From positions 37,812 to 101,811 of the forward strand of contig JAYQOT010000001.1 in the NCBI GenBank assembly GCA_038144955.1: a DNA stretch of 64,000 nt. The letters run 5' to 3'. The notes beneath the pieces were generated by a model. The model had not been told where the DNA came from and ran no database searches. It saw only the letters and a list, made by a program, of their open reading frames with translations. The stretch is from Burkholderiales bacterium. Its GTDB lineage: Bacteria > Pseudomonadota > Gammaproteobacteria > Burkholderiales > SG8-41. Positions 1-9,521 of this stretch are shown here, piece after piece. How positions within the stretch are numbered: the stretch's first letter is position 1; each line of letters opens with the position of its first letter. The position numbers were made by a program, and so were the translations under genes.

Positions 1-118
1 CGGCGCTGCCCTGGGTTTATGCATTGCTGCCCTGCCTGATAAAACTCGCCGCAGTGACCCTGTTGTGGTTTGCCGCGCCCGAGCCGGTGCGCGCGGGCAC
101 CCTGAAAGGAGTGGTGAC

Positions 119-649
119 ATGAAGGGTTTTCGCCAGTTTCTGTTGCTTGTGATGCTGGCGCTCAGCGGCTGCAGTGCGGTGCCGGTCGAGCATTACAGCG
201 ATCAGCGTCCGCAGCTCGACCTGCAGCGCTATTTTGACGGCACCATCGATGCCTGGGGCATGTTCCAGGACCGCAGCGGCACGGTGGTCAAGCGTTTCAC
301 GGTGCGCATAGATGCGAGCTGGAAAGGCAATGTCGGCACGCTTGACGAGCACTTCGATTATTCGGACGGCAGTACGAGCCGCCGCGTCTGGACCATCACC
401 AAGGTGGATGAGCACCGCTACACGGGCACGGCGGCGGACGTGGTGGGCGAGGCGCGTGGTCTCGCCCATGGCAACGCGTTGCGGTGGCAATATGTTCTGA
501 ATCTCGAGGTCGACGGCAGGACCTGGAAGGTCGATTTCGACGACTGGATGTATCTGATGGACGACCGCGTCATGCTCAATCGCTCGGCGATGAGCAAGTT
601 CGGGGTCTACCTGGGCGAAGTCACGTTGACCTTCCGCAAGCGCCCATGA
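119..649 (+). CDS. DUF3833-family lipoprotein
   Basis: In-frame part of ORF 65..649. ATG at 119 lies 7 nt after AAGGAG. N-terminus MKGFRQFLLLVMLALSGC is a signal peptide plus lipobox Cys. Family assigned from recall of DUF3833-like sequence. Confidence 0.7.
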   Translation: MKGFRQFLLLVMLALSGCSAVPVEHYSDQRPQLDLQRYFDGTIDAWGMFQDRSGTVVKRFTVRIDASWKGNVGTLDEHFDYSDGSTSRRVWTITKVDEHRYTGTAADVVGEARGLAHGNALRWQYVLNLEVDGRTWKVDFDDWMYLMDDRVMLNRSAMSKFGVYLGEVTLTFRKRP

Positions 650-1422
650 GCCTGAATGCGCCCATCCGCGGCTGGCGGGGTATGCGTGTCTGGATCACCG
701 GGGCGTCGAGCGGCATCGGCGCCGCTTTGGCGCGCCAGCTGCTCACGCACGGGGCGCGTGTAGCCCTGTCCGCGCGCAGCGCGGACGATCTCGAGCGCAT
801 GGCGGCCATGCATCCTGCCGCCGCGCTGGCTGCACCGCTGGACGTGACCGATGCGGCCGCTGTCGCGCCGGTGCTTCAGCGGATCGTTGCCGCATGGGGC
901 GGTATCGACCTCGTGCTGTTGTGCGCCGGCACGCACCGCCCGGTGCGTGCGTGGGAACTGGACGCCGGGGTGGCGCGCAGCCTCGTCGACGTCAATCTGA
1001 ATGGCGTGCTTAACTGCCTGCCGCCGGTGGTGGCGCAAATGCTTGCGCAGAAATCGGGCGGCGTGGGAGTGGTATCCAGCGTGGCCGGGTACGGCGGATT
1101 GCCGACGGCACTGGTTTACGGGGCCACCAAGGCCGCGCTGATCAACCTCGCGGAGACCCTGTATCTGGACCTGGCGCCGCGCGGCATCGGCGTCCATGTC
1201 ATCAATCCGGGGTTCGTCAAAACGCCGCTCACCGACAAGAACACGTTTCCGATGCCGGCGCTGATCAGCGCCGACGAGGCTGCGCGCGAGATCATCTCGG
1301 GCCTGGAGCGGGGGCGGTTCGAAATCCATTTTCCGCGGCGTTTTACGCTTTGGCTGAAACTGTTGCGACTGCTGCCGTACCGCTGGTATTTTGCGCTGGT
1401 GCGCAAGGGGACGGGTCTGTAA
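646..1422 (+). CDS. short-chain dehydrogenase/reductase (SDR)
   Basis: In-frame part of ORF 484..1422. ATG at 646 overlaps the upstream stop (ATGA). TGASSGIG Rossmann motif and YGATK (Y-x3-K) catalytic motif are present. Confidence 0.85.
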   Translation: MSLNAPIRGWRGMRVWITGASSGIGAALARQLLTHGARVALSARSADDLERMAAMHPAAALAAPLDVTDAAAVAPVLQRIVAAWGGIDLVLLCAGTHRPVRAWELDAGVARSLVDVNLNGVLNCLPPVVAQMLAQKSGGVGVVSSVAGYGGLPTALVYGATKAALINLAETLYLDLAPRGIGVHVINPGFVKTPLTDKNTFPMPALISADEAAREIISGLERGRFEIHFPRRFTLWLKLLRLLPYRWYFALVRKGTGL

Positions 1423-1862
1423 TGCACGATAGGGTGGACGCGCTGGTGCGGTTTTTCGAGACGCTGACGCCGGAGTCGCTGGACGATCTGGTACGGTTTT
1501 ATGCAGAGGATTGCCGGTTCAGGGACCCGTTCAATGACGTTCAGGGCCGGGATGAGCTGCAGGTGATTTTCCGGCACATGTTTGCCCAGCTCGAGGCCCC
1601 GCGGTTTTACGTAAGAGATCGTGTGGTCGATGCGCCTCGCGTGTTGCTGACCTGGGACTTCGAGTTCCGATTTCGCCGTTGGCGGCCGCACATTACGCAA
1701 CACATCCACGGCGCAAGCCTGCTGATGTTTGATGACGCAGGGCTGGTGAAGCTGCACCGGGATTATTGGGATGCGGCGGAAGAGGTTTACGAAAAATTGC
1801 CCGGCATAGGTGGGCTGATGCGCTGGCTGAAACGCCAAGGGCGCCCGCAGGCGCCCCGGTAA
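1422..1862 (+). CDS. NTF2/SnoaL-like small protein
   Basis: In-frame part of ORF 1350..1862. ATG at 1422 overlaps the SDR stop (TAATG). About 146 aa; sequence MHDRVDALVRFFETLTPESLDDLVRFYAEDCRFRDPFN is typical of the NTF2-like fold family. Confidence 0.6.
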   Translation: MHDRVDALVRFFETLTPESLDDLVRFYAEDCRFRDPFNDVQGRDELQVIFRHMFAQLEAPRFYVRDRVVDAPRVLLTWDFEFRFRRWRPHITQHIHGASLLMFDDAGLVKLHRDYWDAAEEVYEKLPGIGGLMRWLKRQGRPQAPR

Positions 1863-1891
1863 CGCAATAACCTGTTGTTTAAATTGACATT

Positions 1892-2458
1892 TCAGTCGAG
1901 GTATTCGAAAACACGAACTACCTTGCGCACCCCGCCGGTGGTACGCGCCACTTCGGTGGCGTCAGTGGCTTCCTGCCGCTTCACCAGTCCCATCAGGTAA
2001 ACGGTGCCGTTTTCGCTGACCACCTTGACGTGCAGCGGGCTGAACTTGCCGGCATCGACAAAGCGCGCCTTGACCTTGGAAGTCAGTACCGCGTCATTGG
2101 TGCGCGCCTGCAAGGAACTGTTGCCGGCGACCTGCAGCTCATTGAAAACGCTGCGGACGTTTTCGACGGCGCGGGTGATGCGTTCGGCATCGGCTTTCGC
2201 CGCTTCGCTGGGCACTTCGCCGCTCAGCAGTACTGCCCGGTTGTAGCTGGTGACGTTGATATGGGCATCCTTGACCTTTTCCTCGATCCTGCTTGCAGCC
2301 TTCAGTTCGATGCCCTGATCTTCGGTAACGGCGCCGACGGTCCGGCGGTCCTCGGCCAGTATCACGCCGGTTGCCGCGGCGCCGCCGATGGCAACGGCGG
2401 TGCATCCCGAGATGAATGGAAACAGGGCGACGCATCCTACGGCAATGAATTTCCGCAT
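1892..2458 (-). CDS. dolP: BON-domain outer-membrane lipoprotein (DolP/YraP-like)
   Basis: 188 aa. Lipobox FISGC follows the signal peptide, then two BON-like repeats. Position downstream of yraN and diaA matches the E. coli yraL-P arrangement. Confidence 0.75.
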   Translation of the reverse strand: MRKFIAVGCVALFPFISGCTAVAIGGAAATGVILAEDRRTVGAVTEDQGIELKAASRIEEKVKDAHINVTSYNRAVLLSGEVPSEAAKADAERITRAVENVRSVFNELQVAGNSSLQARTNDAVLTSKVKARFVDAGKFSPLHVKVVSENGTVYLMGLVKRQEATDATEVARTTGGVRKVVRVFEYLD

Positions 2459-3055
<597 letters not shown>

Positions 3056-3085
3056 CTATTGTACTCTCAACATGTTCATTGTTTG

Positions 3086-3472
3086 CTAATTCTCGATGGC
3101 ATTGCGTAACCATTCAAGCCACGGCGGATTTCCGGTCAGCAGGACCGCATCAAAACGGCAGGGAGGAAGGCGGGGCAGTCCGGCAAGATAGTGGCGTGCC
3201 GTTTTCAGCAGTTTTTCGCGTTTTGCGGCGGTGATGCTTGCCGCCGCGCCACCGAAAGCCGTATCTGCGCGGCTGCGCACTTCAACAAATATCACAGTGT
3301 CGCCGTCCCGTGCGATGAGATCGATTTCACCGAAGCGGCAACTGTAATTGCGGCTGAGGATTACCAGCCCCTGTTTGACGAGAAAGGCCGCAGCAAGGAT
3401 TTCAGCTTTTTCACCGCGGGGGTTCACGTCTGGCCGGGCGTGCGATTGCCGGTTGCGGCCGTCCGTCGACAT
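3086..3472 (-). CDS. yraN: YraN/UPF0102-family endonuclease-like protein
   Basis: C-terminal 129 codons of ORF 3086..3628. GEIDLIARDGDTVIFVEVRSR and CRFDAV motifs are typical of UPF0102. Start at the internal ATG (3472) was chosen by family length; it overlaps the end of lpoA. Confidence 0.7.
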   Translation of the reverse strand: MSTDGRNRQSHARPDVNPRGEKAEILAAAFLVKQGLVILSRNYSCRFGEIDLIARDGDTVIFVEVRSRADTAFGGAAASITAAKREKLLKTARHYLAGLPRLPPCRFDAVLLTGNPPWLEWLRNAIEN

Positions 3473-4499
3473 AGCGACCCGGAGAAAGCTTGCGCAGGAT
3501 CCGGCCGTCGGGTCCCAGCGACAGTTGCCCGGTAACGCCATCCAGCCTGATGTCGCGGGCGCCTGTGAGCAACAGTTGCGCGATGCGCCAGGCATCGATG
3601 CCCAGTGCGTACAGCCGCTCCAGGTCAATGCTGCGCGCCGCTCCGCGTGGGTAAATCATGACCGCCGCATGATTGGGTTCAAGCAGCCAGGGCATTTCGA
3701 CAAAAGTGATGCCGGCAAGATCAAAACCCGCCAGAGGCCCCAGATCACCTGCGTGCACGCTGGAGGTTGCGTAAATCGGAGTCGCACCCAGATAGGAGCG
3801 GGCGGTGCGGGCCTCGGTGTGGGTCAGGGCCAGAAAATACATGTCGGTATTTTCGTTTGCCAGCGACCGCAATTTCTCCGGATCCGTGGAAAACGGCTGT
3901 TCGGCAAGAATTTTTCCGCCAAGCCGGACGAATTCACTGCTGAATGCCGAGCGCATGCGGATCTGTACGGGGCCACTGCCGGCGACAATGATGGCGCTGC
4001 GCTGGCCGTCATTCCATGCCAGTTGTGCGGCCTGTAGCGCTTCTGTCTCCATCTGCAGGCTGAGCGCGTACAGATTGGGCGGGGAACGTCCGGTATGGTC
4101 GGGAACATTGAGCGCCAGCGTCGGCACCGGTACCGGTTCGCCAAGGGCGAGCGCGGTTACTGCATCACGCGTCAGCGGACCTACCACCACCTGTGCGCCA
4201 CCGGCGACAGCCGTACGATAACCTTCCAGTACATTGCCCACCTCCTCGGAGACGGCATACTCGCGCACCGGCAGCAGCTGCCGGTCCCTGTCCCTCGCGG
4301 CGAGGAAGCCGTCACGCAAGGCCTCGGCATGTCTGCCGTATAGCTTCGAACGGGTAGGCAGCAGCAGGGCGACATGCGGAGTCTGGGCAATGCCGGCGAC
4401 CGGCGCCGCAGGGGCGTCGCTGGCAACAGCGGCTGAGGCTCCGTATAGTAGGCACAGCGGCAGGGCCAGAGCGGCAATACGCGGCAGAAGATGAATCAT
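3411..4499 (-). CDS. lpoA: LpoA-like penicillin-binding-protein activator (periplasmic-binding-protein fold)
   Basis: 362 aa with an N-terminal signal sequence. Divergent from rsmI and upstream of yraN, the conserved yraM position. Confidence 0.6.
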   Translation of the reverse strand: MIHLLPRIAALALPLCLLYGASAAVASDAPAAPVAGIAQTPHVALLLPTRSKLYGRHAEALRDGFLAARDRDRQLLPVREYAVSEEVGNVLEGYRTAVAGGAQVVVGPLTRDAVTALALGEPVPVPTLALNVPDHTGRSPPNLYALSLQMETEALQAAQLAWNDGQRSAIIVAGSGPVQIRMRSAFSSEFVRLGGKILAEQPFSTDPEKLRSLANENTDMYFLALTHTEARTARSYLGATPIYATSSVHAGDLGPLAGFDLAGITFVEMPWLLEPNHAAVMIYPRGAARSIDLERLYALGIDAWRIAQLLLTGARDIRLDGVTGQLSLGPDGRILRKLSPGRYVDGRPQPAIARPARREPPR

Positions 4500-5378
4500 T
4501 CAGCGAATCCGATGGCGGAAAACAGGGCAGCTAAAGCGGTAAAGTCGACATTATATGTAGTCGCCACGCCGATCGGAAACCTGTCCGACGTTACGTTGCG
4601 CGCTCTTGACGTGTTGAGATCGGTGGACGTTGTAGCTGCGGAAGATACAAGAGTCACGGCCAAGCTGCTCAACCGTCATGGTATATCCGCGGGGCTGATT
4701 GCCGTGCACGAGCACAACGAACGGCGCGCGGCCGAGCGGGTGGTTGCCCTGCTGGCGGAGGGCAAGTCGGTGGCGCTGGTCAGCGATGCCGGCACGCCCG
4801 CAATCGCCGATCCCGGCGCGCGCGTGGTCGCCGCGGTTCGCGAAGCCGGTTATGCAGTCATACCTGTGCCGGGAGCGAATGCCGCGGCCGCGATACTCTC
4901 GGTCTGCGGATTCGATGCCAGCCGCTACCTGTTTTGCGGATTCCTGCCGGCGCGCGGCAGCGAACGCCGGCGTGCGCTGGGGGACCTGAAAATGCAGGGC
5001 GCTCTGCTGGTGTTTTACGAAGCGCCGCACCGGGTCGTCGACAGCGTTGCCGACATGTGCGAAACGTTTGGTGCCGACCGCGACATCGTCATCGCGCGGG
5101 AACTGACCAAGGTCCACGAGTCCGTGCATCGATGCCCTCTGGGCGAGGCCGTGGAGTGGCTGCAGGCGGACGAGAACCACAGGCGCGGCGAATTCGTGCT
5201 GGTGGTTGAGGGCGCTGCGGAAACACCCGGCAGCGGTTCTGCGGATGCGGAATCCGTGCTGAAAACGCTGCTGGAGGAACTGCCGCTGAAGCAGGCGGTG
5301 GCCCTCGCTGTAAAGCTGACGGGGGGAAACCGCAACGACCTGTACCGGATGGCGCTGGAGCTCAAGGGCGGCGCCTGA
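4491..5378 (+). CDS. rsmI: 16S rRNA (cytidine1402-2'-O)-methyltransferase
   Basis: 295 aa. LYVVATPIGNLSDVTLRAL N-terminal tetrapyrrole-methylase-like signature. An alternative ATG at 4512 would fit the E. coli N-terminus length better. Confidence 0.9.
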   Translation: MNHSANPMAENRAAKAVKSTLYVVATPIGNLSDVTLRALDVLRSVDVVAAEDTRVTAKLLNRHGISAGLIAVHEHNERRAAERVVALLAEGKSVALVSDAGTPAIADPGARVVAAVREAGYAVIPVPGANAAAAILSVCGFDASRYLFCGFLPARGSERRRALGDLKMQGALLVFYEAPHRVVDSVADMCETFGADRDIVIARELTKVHESVHRCPLGEAVEWLQADENHRRGEFVLVVEGAAETPGSGSADAESVLKTLLEELPLKQAVALAVKLTGGNRNDLYRMALELKGGA

Positions 5379-5459
5379 ACGGTGCCTGCGTGCCAATGGT
5401 TTTACTGTAGGCTGTGCAGCGATTAACATCAACGCGTTATCCCTCATTTTGCGGACCCG

Positions 5460-6497
5460 ATGAATACCGTCACCATTACCCGTCCCGATGACTGGCACCT
5501 GCATCTGCGCGATGGCGCCGCGATGCGCGATGTGTTGCCGCATACCGCAGCACGTTTTGCGCGGGCCATCGTCATGCCCAACCTGAAGCCACCGGTAACC
5601 ACCACGGAAATGGCGCTGGCCTACCGCGGCCGGATACTCGAAGCATTGCCGGCCGACAGCCGCTTCGAACCGCTGATGACTCTTTATCTGACCGACAACA
5701 CCCGCCCGGAGGAAATTGCAAAGGCACGTGCCAGCGGTGCGGTTCATGCGGTGAAATATTATCCGGCGGGAGCGACGACAAATTCCGATGCCGGTGTGAC
5801 TGCGATCGAAAAATGCCATGGCGTGCTCGGCGCGATGGAGCAGGCGGGCATGCCGTTGCTGGTGCACGGCGAGGTCACCGATCCCGCAGTGGACGTGTTC
5901 GACCGCGAGTGCGTGTTCATCGAGCGCACGCTGGCTCCGCTGGTGGAACGCTTCCAGGGGCTGAAGGTGGTGATGGAGCACATCACCACGCGCGAGGCGG
6001 TGGCATTTGTTACGGCTGCACCGGCGCGGGTTGCGGCAACGCTGACCCCGCAGCACCTGCTGATGAGCCGCAACGCGCTGTTTGCGGGCGGCGTGCGTCC
6101 GCACTTGTACTGTTTGCCCATTCTGAAACGGGAAATTCACCGTGTAGCGCTGGTGGTTGCGGCGACCGGCGGCAACCCCAAATTTTTCCTCGGTACCGAC
6201 AGCGCGCCGCATGCGCGGCATACCAAGGAGAACGATTGCGGGTGCGCCGGCGTGTTTACCGCGCATGCCGGTATCGAGCTCTACGCCGAGGTTTTTGCTG
6301 CGGCGAATGCGCTGGACCGGCTAGAGGGTTTTGCCAGCCACTACGGTGCCGACTTCTACGGCCTGCCGCGCAATACCGAAAAAATCCGGCTGGAGGAGGT
6401 GGCATGGCCGGTTCCAGCCAGCGTACGTTTCGGCGCGGATACGCTGGTACCGTTGCGGGCGGGTGCGAGCGTGGCATGGAGGATCGCCAGCCCTTGA
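5460..6497 (+). CDS. pyrC: dihydroorotase (homodimeric class II type)
   Basis: 345 aa. N-terminus ITRPDDWHLHLRDG with metal-binding HxH, and MPNLKPPV, typical of PyrC. Confidence 0.9.
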   Translation: MNTVTITRPDDWHLHLRDGAAMRDVLPHTAARFARAIVMPNLKPPVTTTEMALAYRGRILEALPADSRFEPLMTLYLTDNTRPEEIAKARASGAVHAVKYYPAGATTNSDAGVTAIEKCHGVLGAMEQAGMPLLVHGEVTDPAVDVFDRECVFIERTLAPLVERFQGLKVVMEHITTREAVAFVTAAPARVAATLTPQHLLMSRNALFAGGVRPHLYCLPILKREIHRVALVVAATGGNPKFFLGTDSAPHARHTKENDCGCAGVFTAHAGIELYAEVFAAANALDRLEGFASHYGADFYGLPRNTEKIRLEEVAWPVPASVRFGADTLVPLRAGASVAWRIASP

Positions 6498-7111
6498 GCG
6501 CGCGCGAGCCGCGGCGACCCGGCAGCGGCGGATTTGACCCGCTGCCGAGTCACGATTCTTATCACTACAGTCAGCTCGAACTGCCACGGGGCGATCTGTG
6601 GGTTTATACCTACGGCTCGTTGATGTGGGATCCGCCGTTTCCTTTTGCCGAAGCAGCGCCGGCGTTGCTGCGAGGCTATCACCGCACGTTTTGTATTTAT
6701 TCGAACCGCTACCGCGGTACGCCGGGAGCGCCTGGCCTGGTACTCGGGCTGGACCGCGGCGGAGCCTGCAAGGGCACGGTTTACCGGATCGAAAAGCGCG
6801 AAGTTCCGGCGGCCCTGGAAGCACTGTGGCTGCGCGAGATGCGCCGTCGTGTCTATGTACCCCGGCTGCTGCCGGTGTGGACGGGAATTCAGCGCCGCAC
6901 CGCGCTGGCTTTCATCGCCAATCGCAGTCACGAAGGCTACGCCGGTCGCCTGGAACTCGACGCTGCAGCGAAAATCATCGCGTCGTGCTGCGGAGAGCGC
7001 GGCCCCAACGTCGATTACCTGGTGAACACGCTGCGCCATCTCGACTCACTGGGAGTGCACGACCATCACCTGCACCGTCTGCTCCATGCCGTGCGCGCCC
7101 GGCCGGAATGA
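6476..7111 (+). CDS. chaC: ChaC-family gamma-glutamylcyclotransferase
   Basis: C-terminal 211 codons of ORF 5813..7111; the upstream part runs out of frame over pyrC. YGSLMWDP motif and LRGYHRTFC are characteristic of ChaC. The ATG at 6476 is the first start beyond most of pyrC. Confidence 0.7.
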   Translation: MEDRQPLSAREPRRPGSGGFDPLPSHDSYHYSQLELPRGDLWVYTYGSLMWDPPFPFAEAAPALLRGYHRTFCIYSNRYRGTPGAPGLVLGLDRGGACKGTVYRIEKREVPAALEALWLREMRRRVYVPRLLPVWTGIQRRTALAFIANRSHEGYAGRLELDAAAKIIASCCGERGPNVDYLVNTLRHLDSLGVHDHHLHRLLHAVRARPE

Positions 7112-7124
7112 TAGAATGCGCGGT

Positions 7125-7531
7125 GAAGCTGGCCAGGCAGCCGCTGTGCGTGGAACAAACCGGATGGGGCAACCCGCCCGTGCCATGCACAGAGGAAAGT
7201 CCGGGCTCCACAGGGTAGGGTGACGGGTAACGCCCGTCCGCCGTGAGGCGAGGAACAGGGCCACAGAGACGAGTCCGCTGGGCCGGGCCGGACTTGCCGC
7301 CGCAAGGCGGCAAAGTTCACCAAAAAGGGTTGTGAGTATGGAAACGTGCTTGCTGCTCTGGCCCGTTCAGCGGGGTGAAACGCGGTAACCTCCACCCGGA
7401 GCAACACCGAATAGGCAAGCGCTGACGCGTCCCGCCGAGCTTGCGGGTAGGTGGCTTGAGCCGTACAGCGATGTACGGCCCAGAGGAATGGCTGTCCACG
7501 ACAGAACCCGGCTTACCGGCCAGCTTCACTT
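7125..7531 (+). ncRNA. rnpB: RNase P RNA, bacterial type A
   Basis: Begins GAAGCUGGCCAGGCAGCCGC and contains GAGGAAAGUCCGGGCUCCACAGGG. Ends ACAGAACCCGGCUUACCGGCCAGCUUCAC, pairing with the 5' end (P1). The universally conserved P4 elements are present. Confidence 0.92.
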
Positions 7532-7564
7532 TCTTTTTTGGGCGTTTTAACCCGTCCAACCGCA

Positions 7565-7586
7565 GCCGCAAAGCGCCCTTTGCGGC
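7565..7586 (+). terminator. hairpin downstream of rnpB (possible terminator or processing site)
   Basis: GCCGCAAAG-CGCC-CTTTGCGGC, a perfect 9-bp stem. A T-run (CTTTCTTTTTTG) lies upstream at 7529-7540 rather than after the stem, so this is not a canonical intrinsic terminator. Confidence 0.35.
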
Positions 7587-7751
7587 GTAATTGCCTGATT
7601 TTTAAGCATATTTACTTAATGCGCTACTTTCAGTACGCGTTATATCCTATTGTTTTTATTAAATTATTTCTTTTGAAAAAAATGATCAAACCGAAGGTCA
7701 ACAAGATGCCGTAAGTTATTGTGATTAAAAAGGAAATTGGCAATTCGACCC

Positions 7752-7780
7752 TTGACCGCCCCAGCCCGTTTATTTATAGT
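7752..7780 (+). promoter_or_regulatory. sigma70-type promoter of the dcw cluster (Pmra)
   Basis: TTGACC (7752-7757), a 17-nt spacer, then TATAGT (7775-7780). It is preceded by a roughly 160-bp AT-rich tract (about 7590-7750) in an otherwise GC-rich window. Confidence 0.55.
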
Positions 7781-7804
7781 GGGATGAAGTGGTAGAAAGT
7801 GGGA
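7779..7804 (+). promoter_or_regulatory. three direct GTGG(G/T)A repeats at 10-bp spacing (candidate MraZ operator)
   Basis: GTGGGAtgaaGTGGTAgaaaGTGGGA starts in the -10 element. This matches the known arrangement of MraZ-binding TGGGN/GTGG repeats just downstream of Pmra. Confidence 0.55.
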
Positions 7805-7858
7805 GAAATCTCTGCCGATGTCGGCGGCCGGTCTCTCCCGCAAGTAACGGGAGATCAC

Positions 7859-8305
7859 GTGTTTCGGGGTGTCGCGCAACTCAATCTCGACAGCAAGGGC
7901 AGGCTCGCCATACCGGCGCGTCATCGCGACACGCTGCTCGAGCGCTGCGCGGGTCATCTGGTGATCACTGCGGATGCCGATCGCTGCCTGCTGATCTATC
8001 CGCTGCCCGACTGGGAAATCATCCAGCAGAAACTTGAAGGTCTTTCGAATCTCGATCCGCGTGTTCGCGAATTGCAGCGCCGGCTGATCGGTTTTGCCGT
8101 GGATGTCGACATGGATGGTGCCGGTCGCGTGCTGGTCACACCCGAATTGCGCCGTTTTGCGCAACTGGACAAAAGCGTGGTGCTGGTCGGCCAGGGGCGC
8201 AAATTCGAACTGTGGAATGCAGAGCGTTGGGAGCAACTGATCGACAACGCCGGCGGTTTCGGAGCCGAAGGTTTGCCGAGTGAACTGGAGGATTTCTCTT
8301 TGTGA
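7859..8305 (+). CDS. mraZ: transcriptional regulator MraZ
   Basis: In-frame part of ORF 7799..8305. GTG at 7859 gives the canonical N-terminus (M)[22 protein letters not shown] and follows GGGAG by 5 nt. Two SpoVT/AbrB-like repeats are present. Confidence 0.9.
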   Translation: MFRGVAQLNLDSKGRLAIPARHRDTLLERCAGHLVITADADRCLLIYPLPDWEIIQQKLEGLSNLDPRVRELQRRLIGFAVDVDMDGAGRVLVTPELRRFAQLDKSVVLVGQGRKFELWNAERWEQLIDNAGGFGAEGLPSELEDFSL

Positions 8306-9240
8306 CCACCGGCGGTCATGCCGCGGTACTCGCGGAAGAAGCGCTGGAGGCACTGAACGTACGCAGCGACGGCATTTACGTCGATGGCACGTTTGGCAGG
8401 GGCGGACACAGCCGGCTGATTTTGCAGCGGCTGGGCAGAGGAGGGCGGCTGATTGCGCTTGATCGCGATCCGGACGCAGTGCAGGCGGGGCGCGCGGTGA
8501 CCGATCCGCGGTTCCAGGTGCTGCATTGTCCGTTCAGCCGCATGGCGGATGAGGTTCGTGCACAGGGTGTAACCGGAGTGGATGGCGTGTTGCTTGATCT
8601 TGGCGTGTCGTCGCCGCAACTGGATGACGCCAGTCGCGGTTTCAGCTTCCGGCACGATGCGCCGCTCGACATGCGCATGGATCCGGGGCACGGCATCAGT
8701 GCCGCGGAATGGCTTGCCGTGGCGGAAGAATCAGAAATCAGGGAGGTCATCAGGGACTATGGCGAAGAACGGTTTGCTAAACAGATTGCAGCAGCGATTG
8801 TTGCGGCTAGGTCGCGGGGACCTGTTGACACCACACGAAAACTTGCCGCGCTCGTGGCAGAAGCCGTTCCCGCGCGCGAGCCACGCCAGGATCCGGCGAC
8901 GCGCACGTTTCAGGCTTTACGGATTCACATCAATCAGGAGCTTGAGGAGCTATCGATAGTGCTCCCCCGGTGCATGGAGCTGCTCACACCGGGCGCCCGG
9001 CTGGTGGTCATCAGCTTTCATTCCCTGGAGGATCGCATCGTCAAGCGTTTCATGCGCGAACAGACTCGGGTTGCTGCAGTGCCTGAGCGCCTGCCGGTCC
9101 GGGCGCGTGATTTGCCCCAGCCACTGCTGCGGCTGATCGGCAGGGCACGGCGGCCCTCTGCCGCGGAAGTCGGAGCGAATCCCCGTGCACGCAGTGCCGT
9201 GATGCGTGTTGCCGAGCGGACTGACGTTCCACTGCAATGA
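8302..9240 (+). CDS. rsmH: 16S rRNA (cytosine1402-N4)-methyltransferase
   Basis: 312 aa. [14 protein letters not shown]-binding motif. Start overlaps the mraZ stop. Confidence 0.95.
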   Translation: MTTGGHAAVLAEEALEALNVRSDGIYVDGTFGRGGHSRLILQRLGRGGRLIALDRDPDAVQAGRAVTDPRFQVLHCPFSRMADEVRAQGVTGVDGVLLDLGVSSPQLDDASRGFSFRHDAPLDMRMDPGHGISAAEWLAVAEESEIREVIRDYGEERFAKQIAAAIVAARSRGPVDTTRKLAALVAEAVPAREPRQDPATRTFQALRIHINQELEELSIVLPRCMELLTPGARLVVISFHSLEDRIVKRFMREQTRVAAVPERLPVRARDLPQPLLRLIGRARRPSAAEVGANPRARSAVMRVAERTDVPLQ

Positions 9241-9521
9241 CCCACCGGTTGACGTTCATCCTCCTGATCCTGCTGGTTGCATGCGGTCTCGCCACAGTGG
9301 CCTCACAGCACAAGGCGAGAAAACTGTACGTGGAACTGCAACGTGAGCAGGCCAGAACCAAGCAACTGGATGTCGAATGGAGGCAGCTGCAACTCGAACA
9401 GGGCACATGGGCTACGCATAGTCGCGTCGAGCGCATGGCCACGCGCGAATTGAACATGCGCCTGCCGCCGGCCGGACGTGTTGAGGTGGTAATCATGCCC
9501 AGTGCGGAGGGTGGCCGATGA
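9237..9521 (+). CDS. ftsL: cell division protein FtsL
   Basis: 94 aa, a single TM helix followed by a coiled-coil. Sits between rsmH and ftsI with ATGA overlaps on both sides. Confidence 0.85.
   Translation: MTHRLTFILLILLVACGLATVASQHKARKLYVELQREQARTKQLDVEWRQLQLEQGTWATHSRVERMATRELNMRLPPAGRVEVVIMPSAEGGR

Noticed and set aside
4551-6266. 571-aa minus-strand ORF spanning rsmI and pyrC
   Set aside because: It is antisense to two strongly conserved genes. The translation is low-complexity (Arg/His/Gln/Ala-rich) with no motif. This is the typical long stop-free antisense frame of high-GC DNA.
5813-6475. N-terminal 221 codons of the 432-aa ORF 5813..7111
   Set aside because: This part runs out of frame across pyrC and is Arg/Gly-rich nonsense. 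Only the part from the ATG at 6476 onward matches ChaC.
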